Shown here in pieces: positions 46,824 through 56,712 of a stretch of DNA of 64,000 nucleotides. The notes beneath the pieces are model-generated. The model searched no databases and was not told the DNA's origin. It saw nothing but the letters and a program-made list of their open reading frames with translations. Source of the stretch: Candidatus Eiseniibacteriota bacterium. GTDB lineage: Bacteria > Eisenbacteria > RBG-16-71-46 > CAIMUX01 > VGJL01. Within the stretch, counting starts at the first letter, position 1. Each line of letters begins with the position of its first letter. Location: assembly GCA_041946735.1 (NCBI GenBank), contig JBHGAY010000002.1:192001-256000 (forward strand), given 5' to 3'. The position numbers and the translations under genes were made by a program.

Positions 46824-49241
46824 ATGCCGCAGATCCGCGAACCGCTGCTGCCCGCGCCCGTACGGATGCCGGTGCGCGTTCCCCACGGCGCCGGCCGATT
46901 CGGCGCCTCCGCAGGCTCCGGCTCTCGCGGCGCCGGCTCCGCCTCCTGCGCCCGCACCGGCCGCAGGGCGTGGACGGCCGCCGGGACGGCGAAGACGATC
47001 GCGCTCCTCTTCTCGTCCTGTCTCCTCGCATTCGGATCGGCCAGCGGAGGTCCGAACGCCAGCCCCCGTTCTTCCGGCGGCCTTGCCGTCGCCCCCCTGG
47101 GCCAAGGCGCCTCGGCCGTTTCCCGAGCGACCGAGGCGGAGATCCTCCGCCTCGAGGACCGTCGGGAGTATGGGACTGCCCTCGTCCGACTGCTGATCTC
47201 GAGCGAGCCCGCCGTGCGCGAGCGCGCCGCGGTCGCCGCCGGACGGATCGGCGATCCTCGGGCGATCGCTCCGCTGGCTGCGCTCTTGCGGGACACCGAA
47301 CCGCGCGTGAGGCGCGAGGCGGCCTTCGCGCTCGGCGAGATGGAAGACAGCGCGGCTGTGACGCCGCTGGCACTGCTTCTCTCTTCGCAGGCGGAGCGCG
47401 ACGAGGAGGTGCGCGCACTCGCGATCGAGGCGCTCGGGAAGCTCCAAGCGATTGGAGAGGCTCCGTCCTGTGTCGCCGCGTTGCGCGACAGATCGCCAGC
47501 CGTGCGCGTGGCGGCCGCCTACGCCGTTTGGAAGCTGCGGGCCGCGGACGCGGTTGCGCCACTGATCGAGAGCAGCCGCGCGGGAGATCCCGAGGAGCGC
47601 GCCGCCGCCTGCTACGCGCTCATGCGGATGCTCGGCGCCCCGCCGTCCGGTCGTACGCCGGTGCCCGGGGCGGCAGCGCTGGACAGCACCGCGACGGCAG
47701 GCGCAATCGCCGCGCTTTGCGACCGGATCTCCGATCCGGATCCTTTCATCCGTCTCTCGGCCGCGCGCGGGTTGTCGCGCGCGCCCGGGGCGGCGACGCT
47801 CGCGCTCGCCGCTCTCGGGGCGCTCGAAAAAGCGCGGGACGACCCGGACTGGCGGGTCCGCGTGGAAGCGTTGCGCTCGCTCGACGCGATGGCCTCGCCG
47901 CCGCCCTCTCCATCGCAGTCGCCCGCGCCATCGCCGGCGACTGCGCCATCGGCGTCGCCCGCGTCCCTCTTCGCCGCAGCGCTCGCCGCGCTCGAAGATC
48001 CCAACCCGAACGTGCGCATCACGGCAATCGAAGCTCTCGAGAGGGCGGGAAGCGAGGACGAGGTGCTGTCTCGGCTCCGGCGCGTGCTCGAGGGCTCGCC
48101 GTCCGAACGGGAACGGGAGGTCGCCGCGCTGGCCATCGCGGGAAGGCTGGAGGAGGCCGGCGCTCCTCCGGCCTCCGTTGCGGCGCTGGCCCGGAAGCTG
48201 GCAGCGGACCGATCGTGGCGCCTGCGGGCCGCCGCCGCCGATCTGCTGGCGCGCCGGGATGCGGCAGCGGGACGAGCAGCTCCCGGCTTGGTCGATTCCC
48301 TCTGGAAGGACGATCCGCGCGTCGCGAAGAACGCGATCCCCGCGCTTCTCGCCCTCCGCATCCCGGCTGACGCTCCGCCTGCCGGGCGACTCGAGGCCAT
48401 GCGCGTGACGCTCGATCGCGCGCTCGCCTCTCCCGATCCCGTAATCCCGGCCGTGGCGATCGAAGCGGCGCGCGCGGCCCTCGGCGACAGCCTCCCGCCC
48501 GACGCGCGGGACGCATGGATCGCGTTCCTCGCCGCCGCATGGGAAGGGACGCCGCCGGCCGGCGAGGATCGGGCCCTCGCGATCCTCTCGGCGCTCGAGC
48601 CCTACGCGAGCGCGTCGGCTCCTGCGCTCCGGATCGTGCGAGACGCGGCCGCGCCCGATGCCGCCCCCGCGTTTCAGGACGAGATCGTCCGCCGCGAGGC
48701 GCGCCGCATCCTCCGAGCGGCAGGAGAGGATGTCGGGCCGGAGCCTCCGATCGAGACGGGCCGATCGCCGGCCGAGTACGGGCGGATCGCAGCCTGGGCG
48801 GAGCAGGAGCATGCGATCGAGATCCGGACGGGCGGCGGGACGATCGAGATCCGCCTCTTCCCGCACGAGGCGCCCCTCACCTGCTGGAACTTCGTCCGCC
48901 TCGCCGAGTCGGGGTACTTCGACGGCAGCGCCTGGCACCGCGTGGTGCCCGATTTCGTCGTGCAGGACGGAGATCCGCGCGGCGACGGCTTCGGCGGCCC
49001 CGGGTATCGGATCCGATGCGAAATCCACAAGGACCGCCGCTACGGCACGGGCAGTCTCGGAATGGCGCTGTCGGGCAAGGACACGGGCGGAAGCCAGTTC
49101 TTCCTCACTCATTCCCCCCAGCCGCATCTCGACGGCCGTTACACGGTCTTCGGCCAGGTCGTCTCCGGCCAGGAACTCGTCGACCGCGTGGCGCAAGGAG
49201 ATCGCATCGACTCCATCCGGGCGGTGTCCGCCGTTCGATGA
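46824..49241 (+). CDS. HEAT-repeat protein with C-terminal cyclophilin-type peptidyl-prolyl isomerase
   Basis: Many VRxxAAxALG repeats; APLTCWNFVRL, HRVVPDFVVQDGDP, DTGGSQFFLTH, HLDGRYTVFGQV. Start uncertain. Confidence 0.88.
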   Translation: MPQIREPLLPAPVRMPVRVPHGAGRFGASAGSGSRGAGSASCARTGRRAWTAAGTAKTIALLFSSCLLAFGSASGGPNASPRSSGGLAVAPLGQGASAVSRATEAEILRLEDRREYGTALVRLLISSEPAVRERAAVAAGRIGDPRAIAPLAALLRDTEPRVRREAAFALGEMEDSAAVTPLALLLSSQAERDEEVRALAIEALGKLQAIGEAPSCVAALRDRSPAVRVAAAYAVWKLRAADAVAPLIESSRAGDPEERAAACYALMRMLGAPPSGRTPVPGAAALDSTATAGAIAALCDRISDPDPFIRLSAARGLSRAPGAATLALAALGALEKARDDPDWRVRVEALRSLDAMASPPPSPSQSPAPSPATAPSASPASLFAAALAALEDPNPNVRITAIEALERAGSEDEVLSRLRRVLEGSPSEREREVAALAIAGRLEEAGAPPASVAALARKLAADRSWRLRAAAADLLARRDAAAGRAAPGLVDSLWKDDPRVAKNAIPALLALRIPADAPPAGRLEAMRVTLDRALASPDPVIPAVAIEAARAALGDSLPPDARDAWIAFLAAAWEGTPPAGEDRALAILSALEPYASASAPALRIVRDAAAPDAAPAFQDEIVRREARRILRAAGEDVGPEPPIETGRSPAEYGRIAAWAEQEHAIEIRTGGGTIEIRLFPHEAPLTCWNFVRLAESGYFDGSAWHRVVPDFVVQDGDPRGDGFGGPGYRIRCEIHKDRRYGTGSLGMALSGKDTGGSQFFLTHSPQPHLDGRYTVFGQVVSGQELVDRVAQGDRIDSIRAVSAVR

Positions 49242-49287
49242 TTCGGTGCATGGAGACGCAGGCGGGCCGGGACTATGATCGCCGGAG

Positions 49288-50925
49288 ATGACCGTGAGTA
49301 GAGACCGCCACCCGAAGTCCGTCATGCCGCCGCTGCCCCCGTCCCGTCGCCGGCGGCGGCCGCGCCCTCGGTTCGCCCGTCTGGGCGCCCTTGGTATGGC
49401 CATGATCGTGGCCGCCTGCTCCCTCTTCTCCACCGACGTCGTTCCGGCCGCGCGAGCGCAGACCGAGTCGCGCACCGACCTCAACCAGCTCTTCCGCAGG
49501 CTGCTGCAGTCCGACACGATCCAGGATCGGCAGCAGATCTGCTCGGAGGTCGATCCGCGGACCGTCCCCCCGTACGTGGGCCTCTTCTGCCAGGGATACC
49601 AGGCGCTCGCGATCGGGAGCGACAGCCTGGCGGTGCGCCTGCTGTCCGAAGCGCTCGATCTGCAGCCGAACTTCGCCGTCGCCTGCCTCGCCTACGCCGA
49701 CGCCTTCGCCGAGCGCGAGCAGTGGGAACCGGCGGCGTTCTGGTACGAGACCGCCAGCAAGATCTCTCCGATGCGCCTCGACCCGTACTACGGCCTCGGC
49801 CGCGTGTGGCTCGCGCGAGCCCAGGCCGAGGGGACGCCCGCCTACGAGAAGGCGCTGGCGGCCTTCGAAGGGATGACGCACGCGTCGCCGTCCAACCCGG
49901 ATGGCTGGAGCAATATGGGGATGGTCCTCGCCCTGCTCGGCCGGTACGGCGAAGCCGAGACGCACTATCGGGAAGCGCTGCGGCTCACGCCGAAAGATCC
50001 GGAGATCCATTACAGCCTCGGTTCGCTCGCCTCGCGTCGCGGGGACGATGCGACGGCCGAGGCCGAATGGAAGAAGACGCTCGAGCTGGCCCCCGCCTAC
50101 GGCGCGGCGGCGGTGGAGCTGGCCTCGCTCTATGGCCGGCAGGGACGGCTGCAGGAGGCGAGCAGCGTCCTCGAGAACGCGGTCGACGATACCGGCGGCG
50201 GGCCCGACGCGGCACGCCTTCGCCGCGACCTCGGTCTGCTGGTCCTGAGAAGCGGAAAGGCCGATCGTGCCGTGTCGCTCGTCGAGCAGGCGAAGATGAT
50301 CCATGCCGATCCGCGAACGCTGGTGGTCTACGCGCACATGAAGCTGTTGCAGGGAAAGACCGAGGCGGCCCTTTCGGCGCTTGCCGAAGCGGCCCGCCAG
50401 GACACCGCGGCCGCCGGTCCGATGATCCGCCAGTGGGCCCCCACGCTCCAGAAGGTGCTCCTGACTTTCGGCACGAGCGACCCCGTCGGAGCGACCGCCA
50501 TCCGCTCGCTTTTCGGCCACGCGGATCTCCAGCGCGAGGTGGTCCCGGAGGAGGCGAGCCTGGCGCTGATCGATCAGATGCTCCCGGGATGGAGGATCCC
50601 GGCCGGCAAGCTCGAGGTGAAGCCGACGAAGCCCGAGCGGGAGTACGACACTCCGCCTTCCCCGGTCTATCGCCCGCCCGCCTTCTATCCGGAGACGGCC
50701 ATGGGGATCGAGGGGACGGTCATCGTGAAGCTGCGCGTCGATACGCGCGGCATCGTAAAGGACGCGAAGGTGCTCGAGGGCGGAAACCCCGCCCTCGAGT
50801 GGGCGGCCCTCGATGCGGCGAAGCGCTGGCGGTTCGACCCGGCGAAGCTCGACGGGAAGCCGGTCGAAGCGGACGTCACGATCCCCTTCAAGTTCACGAA
50901 CTCGCCGACGCAGCCCCCCCAGTAG
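49288..50925 (+). CDS. TPR-repeat protein with TonB C-terminal domain
   Basis: N-terminal hydrophobic segment, several TPRs, YPETAMGIEGTVIVKLRVDTRG...AALDAAKRWRFDPA. Confidence 0.85.
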   Translation: MTVSRDRHPKSVMPPLPPSRRRRRPRPRFARLGALGMAMIVAACSLFSTDVVPAARAQTESRTDLNQLFRRLLQSDTIQDRQQICSEVDPRTVPPYVGLFCQGYQALAIGSDSLAVRLLSEALDLQPNFAVACLAYADAFAEREQWEPAAFWYETASKISPMRLDPYYGLGRVWLARAQAEGTPAYEKALAAFEGMTHASPSNPDGWSNMGMVLALLGRYGEAETHYREALRLTPKDPEIHYSLGSLASRRGDDATAEAEWKKTLELAPAYGAAAVELASLYGRQGRLQEASSVLENAVDDTGGGPDAARLRRDLGLLVLRSGKADRAVSLVEQAKMIHADPRTLVVYAHMKLLQGKTEAALSALAEAARQDTAAAGPMIRQWAPTLQKVLLTFGTSDPVGATAIRSLFGHADLQREVVPEEASLALIDQMLPGWRIPAGKLEVKPTKPEREYDTPPSPVYRPPAFYPETAMGIEGTVIVKLRVDTRGIVKDAKVLEGGNPALEWAALDAAKRWRFDPAKLDGKPVEADVTIPFKFTNSPTQPPQ

Positions 50926-51040
50926 CGCCGGCCGCAGCGACGCGGCGGCAGCAAGGATCCGGTGGACGAGCAGCGGCCCCGGCCTCGCGCACGGGCGAGG
51001 CGGGGCCGCTTGCAGCGACGCTCTGTAGGAAGGGGGAAAG

Positions 51041-51814
51041 CTACTCGCCGCACGTCAGGTTATCGCAAGAGTCCTGTCCCATGGGCATCCCGTCCTGGTT
51101 CTCGCAATCCTCCAAGGTCGTCACGATGCAGGATCCATCCTGGAGGCAACAGGCCATCGTCTCCGGAGGCTCCGGCGGCAAGGTCACCGTCACGTCGTGC
51201 GAGGGCGGGCTCCAGATGTCGTCCGAGCCGGCGTCGAAGTGCAGCCGGAAGCCCTCGAGGCCGCCGGCCGTGGCGTAGATCGGGATCCTCCACTGCTCGT
51301 GAGGCCCGAGCTCCGGCGAGCAGTCCTCGCCCGCGCACATGGGATGCGCGTAGTAGATGCCGGTCCCCGAGGGCGGGTAGACTCCGTGGCTGCCACCATC
51401 GAAGCCGAAGAGCCCTGTGTCCGTTTCGCTAAAGTCGTCGGGGACGGTCAGGTAGTCACCGACCTGGACGGACCAGCCGGGCTGCCAGACGTACTCTGCC
51501 GCCATCGTGACGAGGAGATTGACTCCCGTGATCGGATAGTCGGTCGTGTTGGTGACGACGATGGTGAAGGAGTTCGCCTCCGCGATCCAGCTGTCTGTGA
51601 TCCATGGATCGTCGGAGGAGCCGACGTACCAGTTCTCCGCGTCTTCCACCGTCACCCAGAGGCGGGCCGGGTTCCCCATCTGCGTCCCTTCGATTCCCTG
51701 GCTGGCGGTATCGACCGGCGCGGTGGACTCCTCGCTACAGCCTGCGAGGCTTGCACCGAGCCCGATCGAGAGAAGGACAAGGAAGCGAAAGGCGTTCTTG
51801 TTGAGCTTGATCAT
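51041..51814 (-). CDS. Lipoprotein with a choice-of-anchor N-like domain and Cys-rich C-terminus
   Basis: Lipobox LAGC; SHGVYP, LHFDA and PSHD motifs; tail ACCLQDGSC...C...C...C; GGAGG RBS. Confidence 0.7.
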   Translation of the reverse strand: MIKLNKNAFRFLVLLSIGLGASLAGCSEESTAPVDTASQGIEGTQMGNPARLWVTVEDAENWYVGSSDDPWITDSWIAEANSFTIVVTNTTDYPITGVNLLVTMAAEYVWQPGWSVQVGDYLTVPDDFSETDTGLFGFDGGSHGVYPPSGTGIYYAHPMCAGEDCSPELGPHEQWRIPIYATAGGLEGFRLHFDAGSDDIWSPPSHDVTVTLPPEPPETMACCLQDGSCIVTTLEDCENQDGMPMGQDSCDNLTCGE

Positions 51815-51986
51815 GGCCTCCATCCTCTCTCCTGCCCTTCTGGGGCAGCGCTTCTTCGATGGATGCCAGTTCCGTTCCTGGTCGTTCGATGCGGCGGGGA
51901 CCCGCCTTTCCAATCTGTTGCGGGCGGCCTGTCTTTCGGGGGCTACCAAGAGATTGCAGATCGCACGATGCAGAGTGCGCGACGGT

Positions 51987-52024
51987 GAAAGGGATCCCCG
52001 TGGGGCGAACCCCCCGGGGATCCC
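51987..52024 (-). terminator. Terminator-like hairpin after the S8 peptidase gene
   Basis: Minus strand GGGAUCCCCG-G-GGGG-UUCG-CCCC-A-CGGGGAUCCC followed by UUUC. Confidence 0.65.
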
Positions 52025-52057
52025 ACTCGTTCCTTTCGGGATGGCGGACGCGATCGC

Positions 52058-54358
52058 CTACTTCAAGAGGAGCAGGCGCGTCTCGCCGGAGAGGCGGCCG
52101 TCGAGCATCAGCCGAGCGTAGTAGACCCCGCTCGGAACCGGGCGCCCAACGTCCTCCGAACCATTCCACACGAACTCGTGCGGGCCTGCGGGCAGGGCGC
52201 CGTCGTGGAGCACGGCGACACGGCGGCCATCGACCGCGTAGATCGCGAGTCGCGCTCCAGCCGCTTCCGGTAGCTGGAGACGGATCGTCGTCCTCGGACG
52301 GAACGGGTTCGGAGAAGCCGTCAGGAGGACCGAAGCATCCCCGGGGAACACCACGCGCCGCTCGCTGCTCATCGACTCACGCCCTCCCGCGGCCGCAATG
52401 ACAACGGCGGGGCCCGGATCGGGAAGCAGGCCGCCCGAGGGAACTCCGGTCAGGAGGATGTCGTCGACGTACGCGCCCTCCCTTGTTTGGGAGGCGTTGC
52501 TCACGAAGACGAAGCGGAATCGCAGATTCGTGAAGCCGGTCAGCGTGTAGGCCGGATTCACCCAGCCCGAGTTGTTGTACCAGCGCTGCTGCTCCGTCCA
52601 CCCTGTTCCGTTCCAGTATTGGAAGGACAGGTAATCGGAGCTGTTGCGCGTCGCGTACCAGATCCAGAAGGAGAGCCTGAGGTCCGTGTAGCCGCTCACG
52701 TCGATGCCGTTGATGAGGGTCATGTGGGAGTTCATGTTGTTGTCGTACTTCTGCCCGGACACGTTCGAGTTGTCCGCGCAGTAGGCGCTCACGGTGCCCG
52801 AATGCACCCGCGCGCCCGAGCTCTTTGTCTGATCTCCCCAGTAATCGAGCCCGCTCGATCCGTTGCCGTCGCCCGCATCCCAGACGCCTCCGGGGACGGT
52901 GGTCGCTTCGAACCCCTCGGAGAAGATCGTCACCGGATCGCCGCCGCCGCCGCCTCCGCCCGCATTCCCCACGGCCTCGTAGGCGTTCAGCCGACCGTAT
53001 CCGGTCTGCGTGTCGTAGCCGCCGGCTCCGATGTCATCGCAAGTGTTCCGCAGGACGGTCCGCAGACCGTCGTTGGTGAGCGCGGGATTCTGCGACCAGA
53101 CGAGGGCGCCGATTCCGGCCGCATGCGGCGTCGCGGAGGAGGTCCCGTTGAAGTCGGAGATGTAGTCTCCGGAGACGAATCCCCCGGAGCCGCGGACGTC
53201 GGAGGTGTGGATCCGCACGCCGGGGGCCATGAAGTCCAGGCCCGTGCCATAGTTCGATCCCCACCAGGTCTCCCCGTCGCAGCTCGAAGGGTTCTTCCTC
53301 TCGTTGCAGGGAGAAAGGGCGCCCACGGCGATCGTGTTGGAGTAGGCGGCCGGATAGTCGAGCGAGGACCGGTTCGAGTTGCCCGCCGCGGCGAAGATCG
53401 CGCATCCCTTTCCGTAGGCGTAGTTGACCGCCGTCTGCAGCGTCGCCGATGCGCCGCCTCCCAGGCTCATCGACAGAATCCTGGCCCCATGGTCCGCCGC
53501 CCAGTTGACGCCGTTGGCGACCGCCGTGTAGGAGCCGCTTCCGTTCGCGTCGAGCACCTTGACGGGCAGCAGCTTCACGCCCCAGGCGACGCCGGCAATC
53601 CCCTGCGCGTTGTTGCCGGCTCCCAGCGCGATGCCGGCGCAGCAGGTGCCGTGTCCGTTGTCGTCGTTGGGATTCGCGTCGTTGTTGATGAAGTCGTAGC
53701 CGTTGGCGAGCACCCGGCCGGCGAACTCCGGGTGTCCGGCGTCGACGCCCGTGTCGATGATCGCGAGGATGAACGAGCCGCTTCCCGTCTGCAGGTCCCA
53801 AGCCTGATCCGTGTCGGTGTCGCAGTCCGGAGTCCCGACCGTCCCACCCCCGTAACGGAGCGCCTGACCGGTATTGTCGTGCGCCCACTGCTGGGGATAG
53901 TAGGTGTCGTTGGGAACGAGCATCGCATGCGCGACCCGGTTCGGCTCGGCGAAGACGATCTCGCCGAGAGCCGCGAGGAGCGCGGCCGCCGACTCGGGCG
54001 ATCGGGCGTCCGCGTAGCGGGCGAGGAAGATGCGGTCCATCCCGGCGGCGCTCTTCGCGCTTGGATCGATCGAGAGATCGAACACCGGCTGGATCGCGCG
54101 GGCGGAGAGCAAGGCGAGGGCGCGATCCACCTCGACGAGTCCGGTGCGCCCGGTCGCGAGCCGCAGCGGATCGAACGAGGGGGACAGGAACGCGTCGTTC
54201 GCGAGCTGGAGGATCACTTCGCCGGGAACGGCCTCGGCGTCCGATGCCGGCACGAGGCCGGGGGCGGGCGCCGGAGCATTCGCCCAGGATGCCGCCGTGG
54301 AGATGAGGAGCGAGAGGGCAACGGCCGCGAGCGTCTCGACCTTCGGTACGAGCTTCAT
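52058..54358 (-). CDS. Secreted S8 (subtilisin-like) serine peptidase with C-terminal FlgD-Ig domain
   Basis: Triad IIDTG, HGT, GTSSATP; oxyanion AAAGN; propeptide; beta-sandwich domain; PNPF...IYAVDGRRV...WNG...PSGVYY. Confidence 0.93.
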   Translation of the reverse strand: MKLVPKVETLAAVALSLLISTAASWANAPAPAPGLVPASDAEAVPGEVILQLANDAFLSPSFDPLRLATGRTGLVEVDRALALLSARAIQPVFDLSIDPSAKSAAGMDRIFLARYADARSPESAAALLAALGEIVFAEPNRVAHAMLVPNDTYYPQQWAHDNTGQALRYGGGTVGTPDCDTDTDQAWDLQTGSGSFILAIIDTGVDAGHPEFAGRVLANGYDFINNDANPNDDNGHGTCCAGIALGAGNNAQGIAGVAWGVKLLPVKVLDANGSGSYTAVANGVNWAADHGARILSMSLGGGASATLQTAVNYAYGKGCAIFAAAGNSNRSSLDYPAAYSNTIAVGALSPCNERKNPSSCDGETWWGSNYGTGLDFMAPGVRIHTSDVRGSGGFVSGDYISDFNGTSSATPHAAGIGALVWSQNPALTNDGLRTVLRNTCDDIGAGGYDTQTGYGRLNAYEAVGNAGGGGGGGDPVTIFSEGFEATTVPGGVWDAGDGNGSSGLDYWGDQTKSSGARVHSGTVSAYCADNSNVSGQKYDNNMNSHMTLINGIDVSGYTDLRLSFWIWYATRNSSDYLSFQYWNGTGWTEQQRWYNNSGWVNPAYTLTGFTNLRFRFVFVSNASQTREGAYVDDILLTGVPSGGLLPDPGPAVVIAAAGGRESMSSERRVVFPGDASVLLTASPNPFRPRTTIRLQLPEAAGARLAIYAVDGRRVAVLHDGALPAGPHEFVWNGSEDVGRPVPSGVYYARLMLDGRLSGETRLLLLK

Positions 54359-54470
54359 GACCTCGAACCTCCTGATTGACGAGGGCCTTCGAGCGCCGTG
54401 TCGATGGCGCCCACCTGCCGATGAAGAGTGGCCGCGGCCGTGGCTACCCGCCTCTCTTTCGGGCGGTCGG

Positions 54471-54499
54471 ATTCTAGGGGGCGGAGGGGGCGCGGTCAA
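54471..54499 (-). promoter_or_regulatory. Sigma70 promoter for the S8 peptidase
   Basis: Minus strand TTGACC, 17 nt, TAGAAT. Confidence 0.75.
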
Positions 54500-54834
54500 C
54501 CCGCGGGCGCGTGATCGGCCTGCTTGGGCGGTCTGCTCGCGCCGCCCATGCGGGCGTTCGTGCGGCAGCTCGATGGCGATTCCGTCTCGACTTTCCGCCC
54601 CGCGATCCGGCAGCCTTCTCTGTTTCATGCCTGCGGGGCGGGACCGACACGCCCACCAAGCGAGGGACCGAGAAAAAGGCGGGAAGCCTGTCGATTCCGG
54701 CCCCGCCCGCTCGTCGTCGTTCATAGAAGGGGCTGGGGAAGCGGCCGCAAGCCAGGCGGCGCCCGAAAGCGGCCGGCTCCCCAGCCCGAGCCGACCCAAA
54801 ACGAGCCGAGACTTTGCGACAAGGAGAGAATCCA

Positions 54835-55254
54835 ATGCGAGTGATGGTCATGGTCCGAGCGAACAAGGACACGGAAGCGGGCGTGATGCCGAGCGAGAAG
54901 ATGCTTGCCGACATGACGAAGTTCAACGAGGAGCTGGCCGAGGCCGGCGTGATGCTCGCGGGCGAAGGACTCAAGCCGAGTTCCAAGGGAGCCCGGATCC
55001 AGTTCACGGGAGGAAAGAGGAACGTGATCGATGGCCCGTTCGCCGAGGCGAAGGAGCTGATCGCCGGCTACTGGCTCTGGGAGGTCAAGTCGCTCGACGA
55101 GGCGATCCAGTGGGCGAAGCGCGCTCCGATGGAGGAAGGCGCTACGCTCGAAATCCGCCCGTTCTTCGAGGCGGAGGACTTCGGGAAGGAGTTCACTCCG
55201 GAGCTTCGCGAGCGCGAGGAGAAGTTGCGCAAGCAGCTGGAGGCGAAGCAGTAG
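54835..55254 (+). CDS. YciI family (DGPF) protein
   Basis: GEGLKPSSKG, VIDGPFAEAKELIAGYW, EIRP; AAGGAG RBS. Confidence 0.92.
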   Translation: MRVMVMVRANKDTEAGVMPSEKMLADMTKFNEELAEAGVMLAGEGLKPSSKGARIQFTGGKRNVIDGPFAEAKELIAGYWLWEVKSLDEAIQWAKRAPMEEGATLEIRPFFEAEDFGKEFTPELREREEKLRKQLEAKQ

Positions 55255-55320
55255 ATTCGCCCGGTTCCCTGGGCGGGTTCGCAGGACCGAGCGGAGCGGC
55301 GAGGAGGGCGAGCAAGCCCT

Positions 55321-55405
55321 TCCCGCCGCTTCGCGGCTTTGCTGCTCTCCCGCCTCGCTGCTTTGCTGCTCTCCCGCTTCGCCGCTTCGCCGCTTGGCCG
55401 CTTGG
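55321..55405. repeat. Degenerate 8-bp tandem repeat between convergent genes
   Basis: gcttcgcc / gctttgct / gctctccc units. Confidence 0.65.
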
Positions 55406-55416
55406 CGCCGGGACGC

Positions 55417-56712
55417 TCACGCGACCGGCCGGTAGAAGCGGAACAGCTCGTTGCCGATCGGAAGCACCTCGAGGTCGCGGAAGCCGGCCTCCTGCGCGTA
55501 CCGTCGCACCGTGTCGGTACGCATCACGGTGCCGGTCGCCGCCGACGGCTGCTCCGCCATCACGGCCGGCAGGCAGTGGAATACGCTCGCTCCGTACATC
55601 AGCCACTCGAACCCGCCCGCATGAGGATCGAATCGATCGGCAACGCGCTCGTCCATGATCAGGATCTCCCCTCCGTCCCGGAGGAGGCGCCTCAGGTTTC
55701 GTAGCGTCCCAGCGGGATCGGACATGTCGTGGAGGCACTCGAACAGGGTCGCGAGATCGTACGTTCCGGCGAGGCTCGGATCGGCCGCGTCGCGAACGTG
55801 GAAGCGGACGCGTTCGAGCAGATCGGGGCGCGACGCCGAGGCGGCGGTCTCGGCGAGATTCGCCCGGGCGAGTTCGATCGACGGCTCGTCGAGATCGAAG
55901 CCGTCGACGGTCACGTTCGGATAGGCAAGCGCGATCCCGATGCAGGACCACCCGGCGCCGCAACCGACGTCGGCGACGGCGGCCGGCGCTTTCGAACGCA
56001 GTCGAGCGTCGATGCTCGCGACGGCCGGGAGCCATTCCTTGCCCAGCTCGTTGAGGAAGATGCCGCGGTTCAGCCTCGCCTGCCCCAGGCGCATGTCCGA
56101 TCCGTAGGCGGCGAACGGCACGCCGCCGCCCGTCCTGTAGGCCTGAACGATCTCGGGCAGCGGGCGGACGAGGCCCGCGGCCGCCTGCGCGATCGGCGCG
56201 AGGTACCCCGGAGAGTCCCGGCGCGCGAGCGCTTCCACGTGCGCCTCCGGCAGGAAGAACCGGCGGGACGTCGCATCGAGCCTCGCATCCTCGACTCCAA
56301 GCACGCCGCACACCGCCTGTTGCTCGAGCCACTCCCTCACGTACCTCTCGTGCGTCCCGGTGCGCCGCGCCAGCTCGATCGACGTGAGCGGACCGTCCTC
56401 GGCGAGAACCTGATAGAAACCGAGCTGGTCTCCGAGATGGATCGAGCAGATTGCGAACATTCCCTCGGCGGCATTGAGGACGCGCTGGGCGAATCGTTCC
56501 GCGTCCGCCGCGGCCATCTGCTCCGCCCCGGGCTCGTGCTGCGCCGCGGGCTTCTGCTGCGCTGCGGCGTCTTGCTGCGCCCCCGCGCCGCCGTTCCCGC
56601 TGCGCGCTCCATCCGCCGCTTCCCGCGCTTCGCCTTCCGCGACGAGGAACGTCGTTCCTGCCTGCTCCTCGTTCCGTTCGATTCTCCCCCTAGCCTCATC
56701 GTCCCGCTTCAT
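55417..56712 (-). CDS. Class I SAM-dependent methyltransferase with N-terminal wHTH (Rv2258c-like)
   Basis: LGDQLGFY, ERYVREWLEQQA, VADVGCGAGW, FECLHDMSDP, HCLP, TGTVMR; GGAGG RBS. Confidence 0.88.
   Translation of the reverse strand: MKRDDEARGRIERNEEQAGTTFLVAEGEAREAADGARSGNGGAGAQQDAAAQQKPAAQHEPGAEQMAAADAERFAQRVLNAAEGMFAICSIHLGDQLGFYQVLAEDGPLTSIELARRTGTHERYVREWLEQQAVCGVLGVEDARLDATSRRFFLPEAHVEALARRDSPGYLAPIAQAAAGLVRPLPEIVQAYRTGGGVPFAAYGSDMRLGQARLNRGIFLNELGKEWLPAVASIDARLRSKAPAAVADVGCGAGWSCIGIALAYPNVTVDGFDLDEPSIELARANLAETAASASRPDLLERVRFHVRDAADPSLAGTYDLATLFECLHDMSDPAGTLRNLRRLLRDGGEILIMDERVADRFDPHAGGFEWLMYGASVFHCLPAVMAEQPSAATGTVMRTDTVRRYAQEAGFRDLEVLPIGNELFRFYRPVA

Noticed and set aside
46241..49517. 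Long alternative-frame and antisense ORFs (709 and 1009 aa; likewise 38475-41381 and 58578-61058)
   Set aside because: Arg/Pro/Gly-rich shadows of clear genes, expected from stop-codon scarcity at this GC content.
54400..54470. c-di-GMP-I riboswitch in the S8 peptidase leader
   Set aside because: Has a GAAA-capped stem but lacks the GGCAAAC and GACGCAAAGC core elements.
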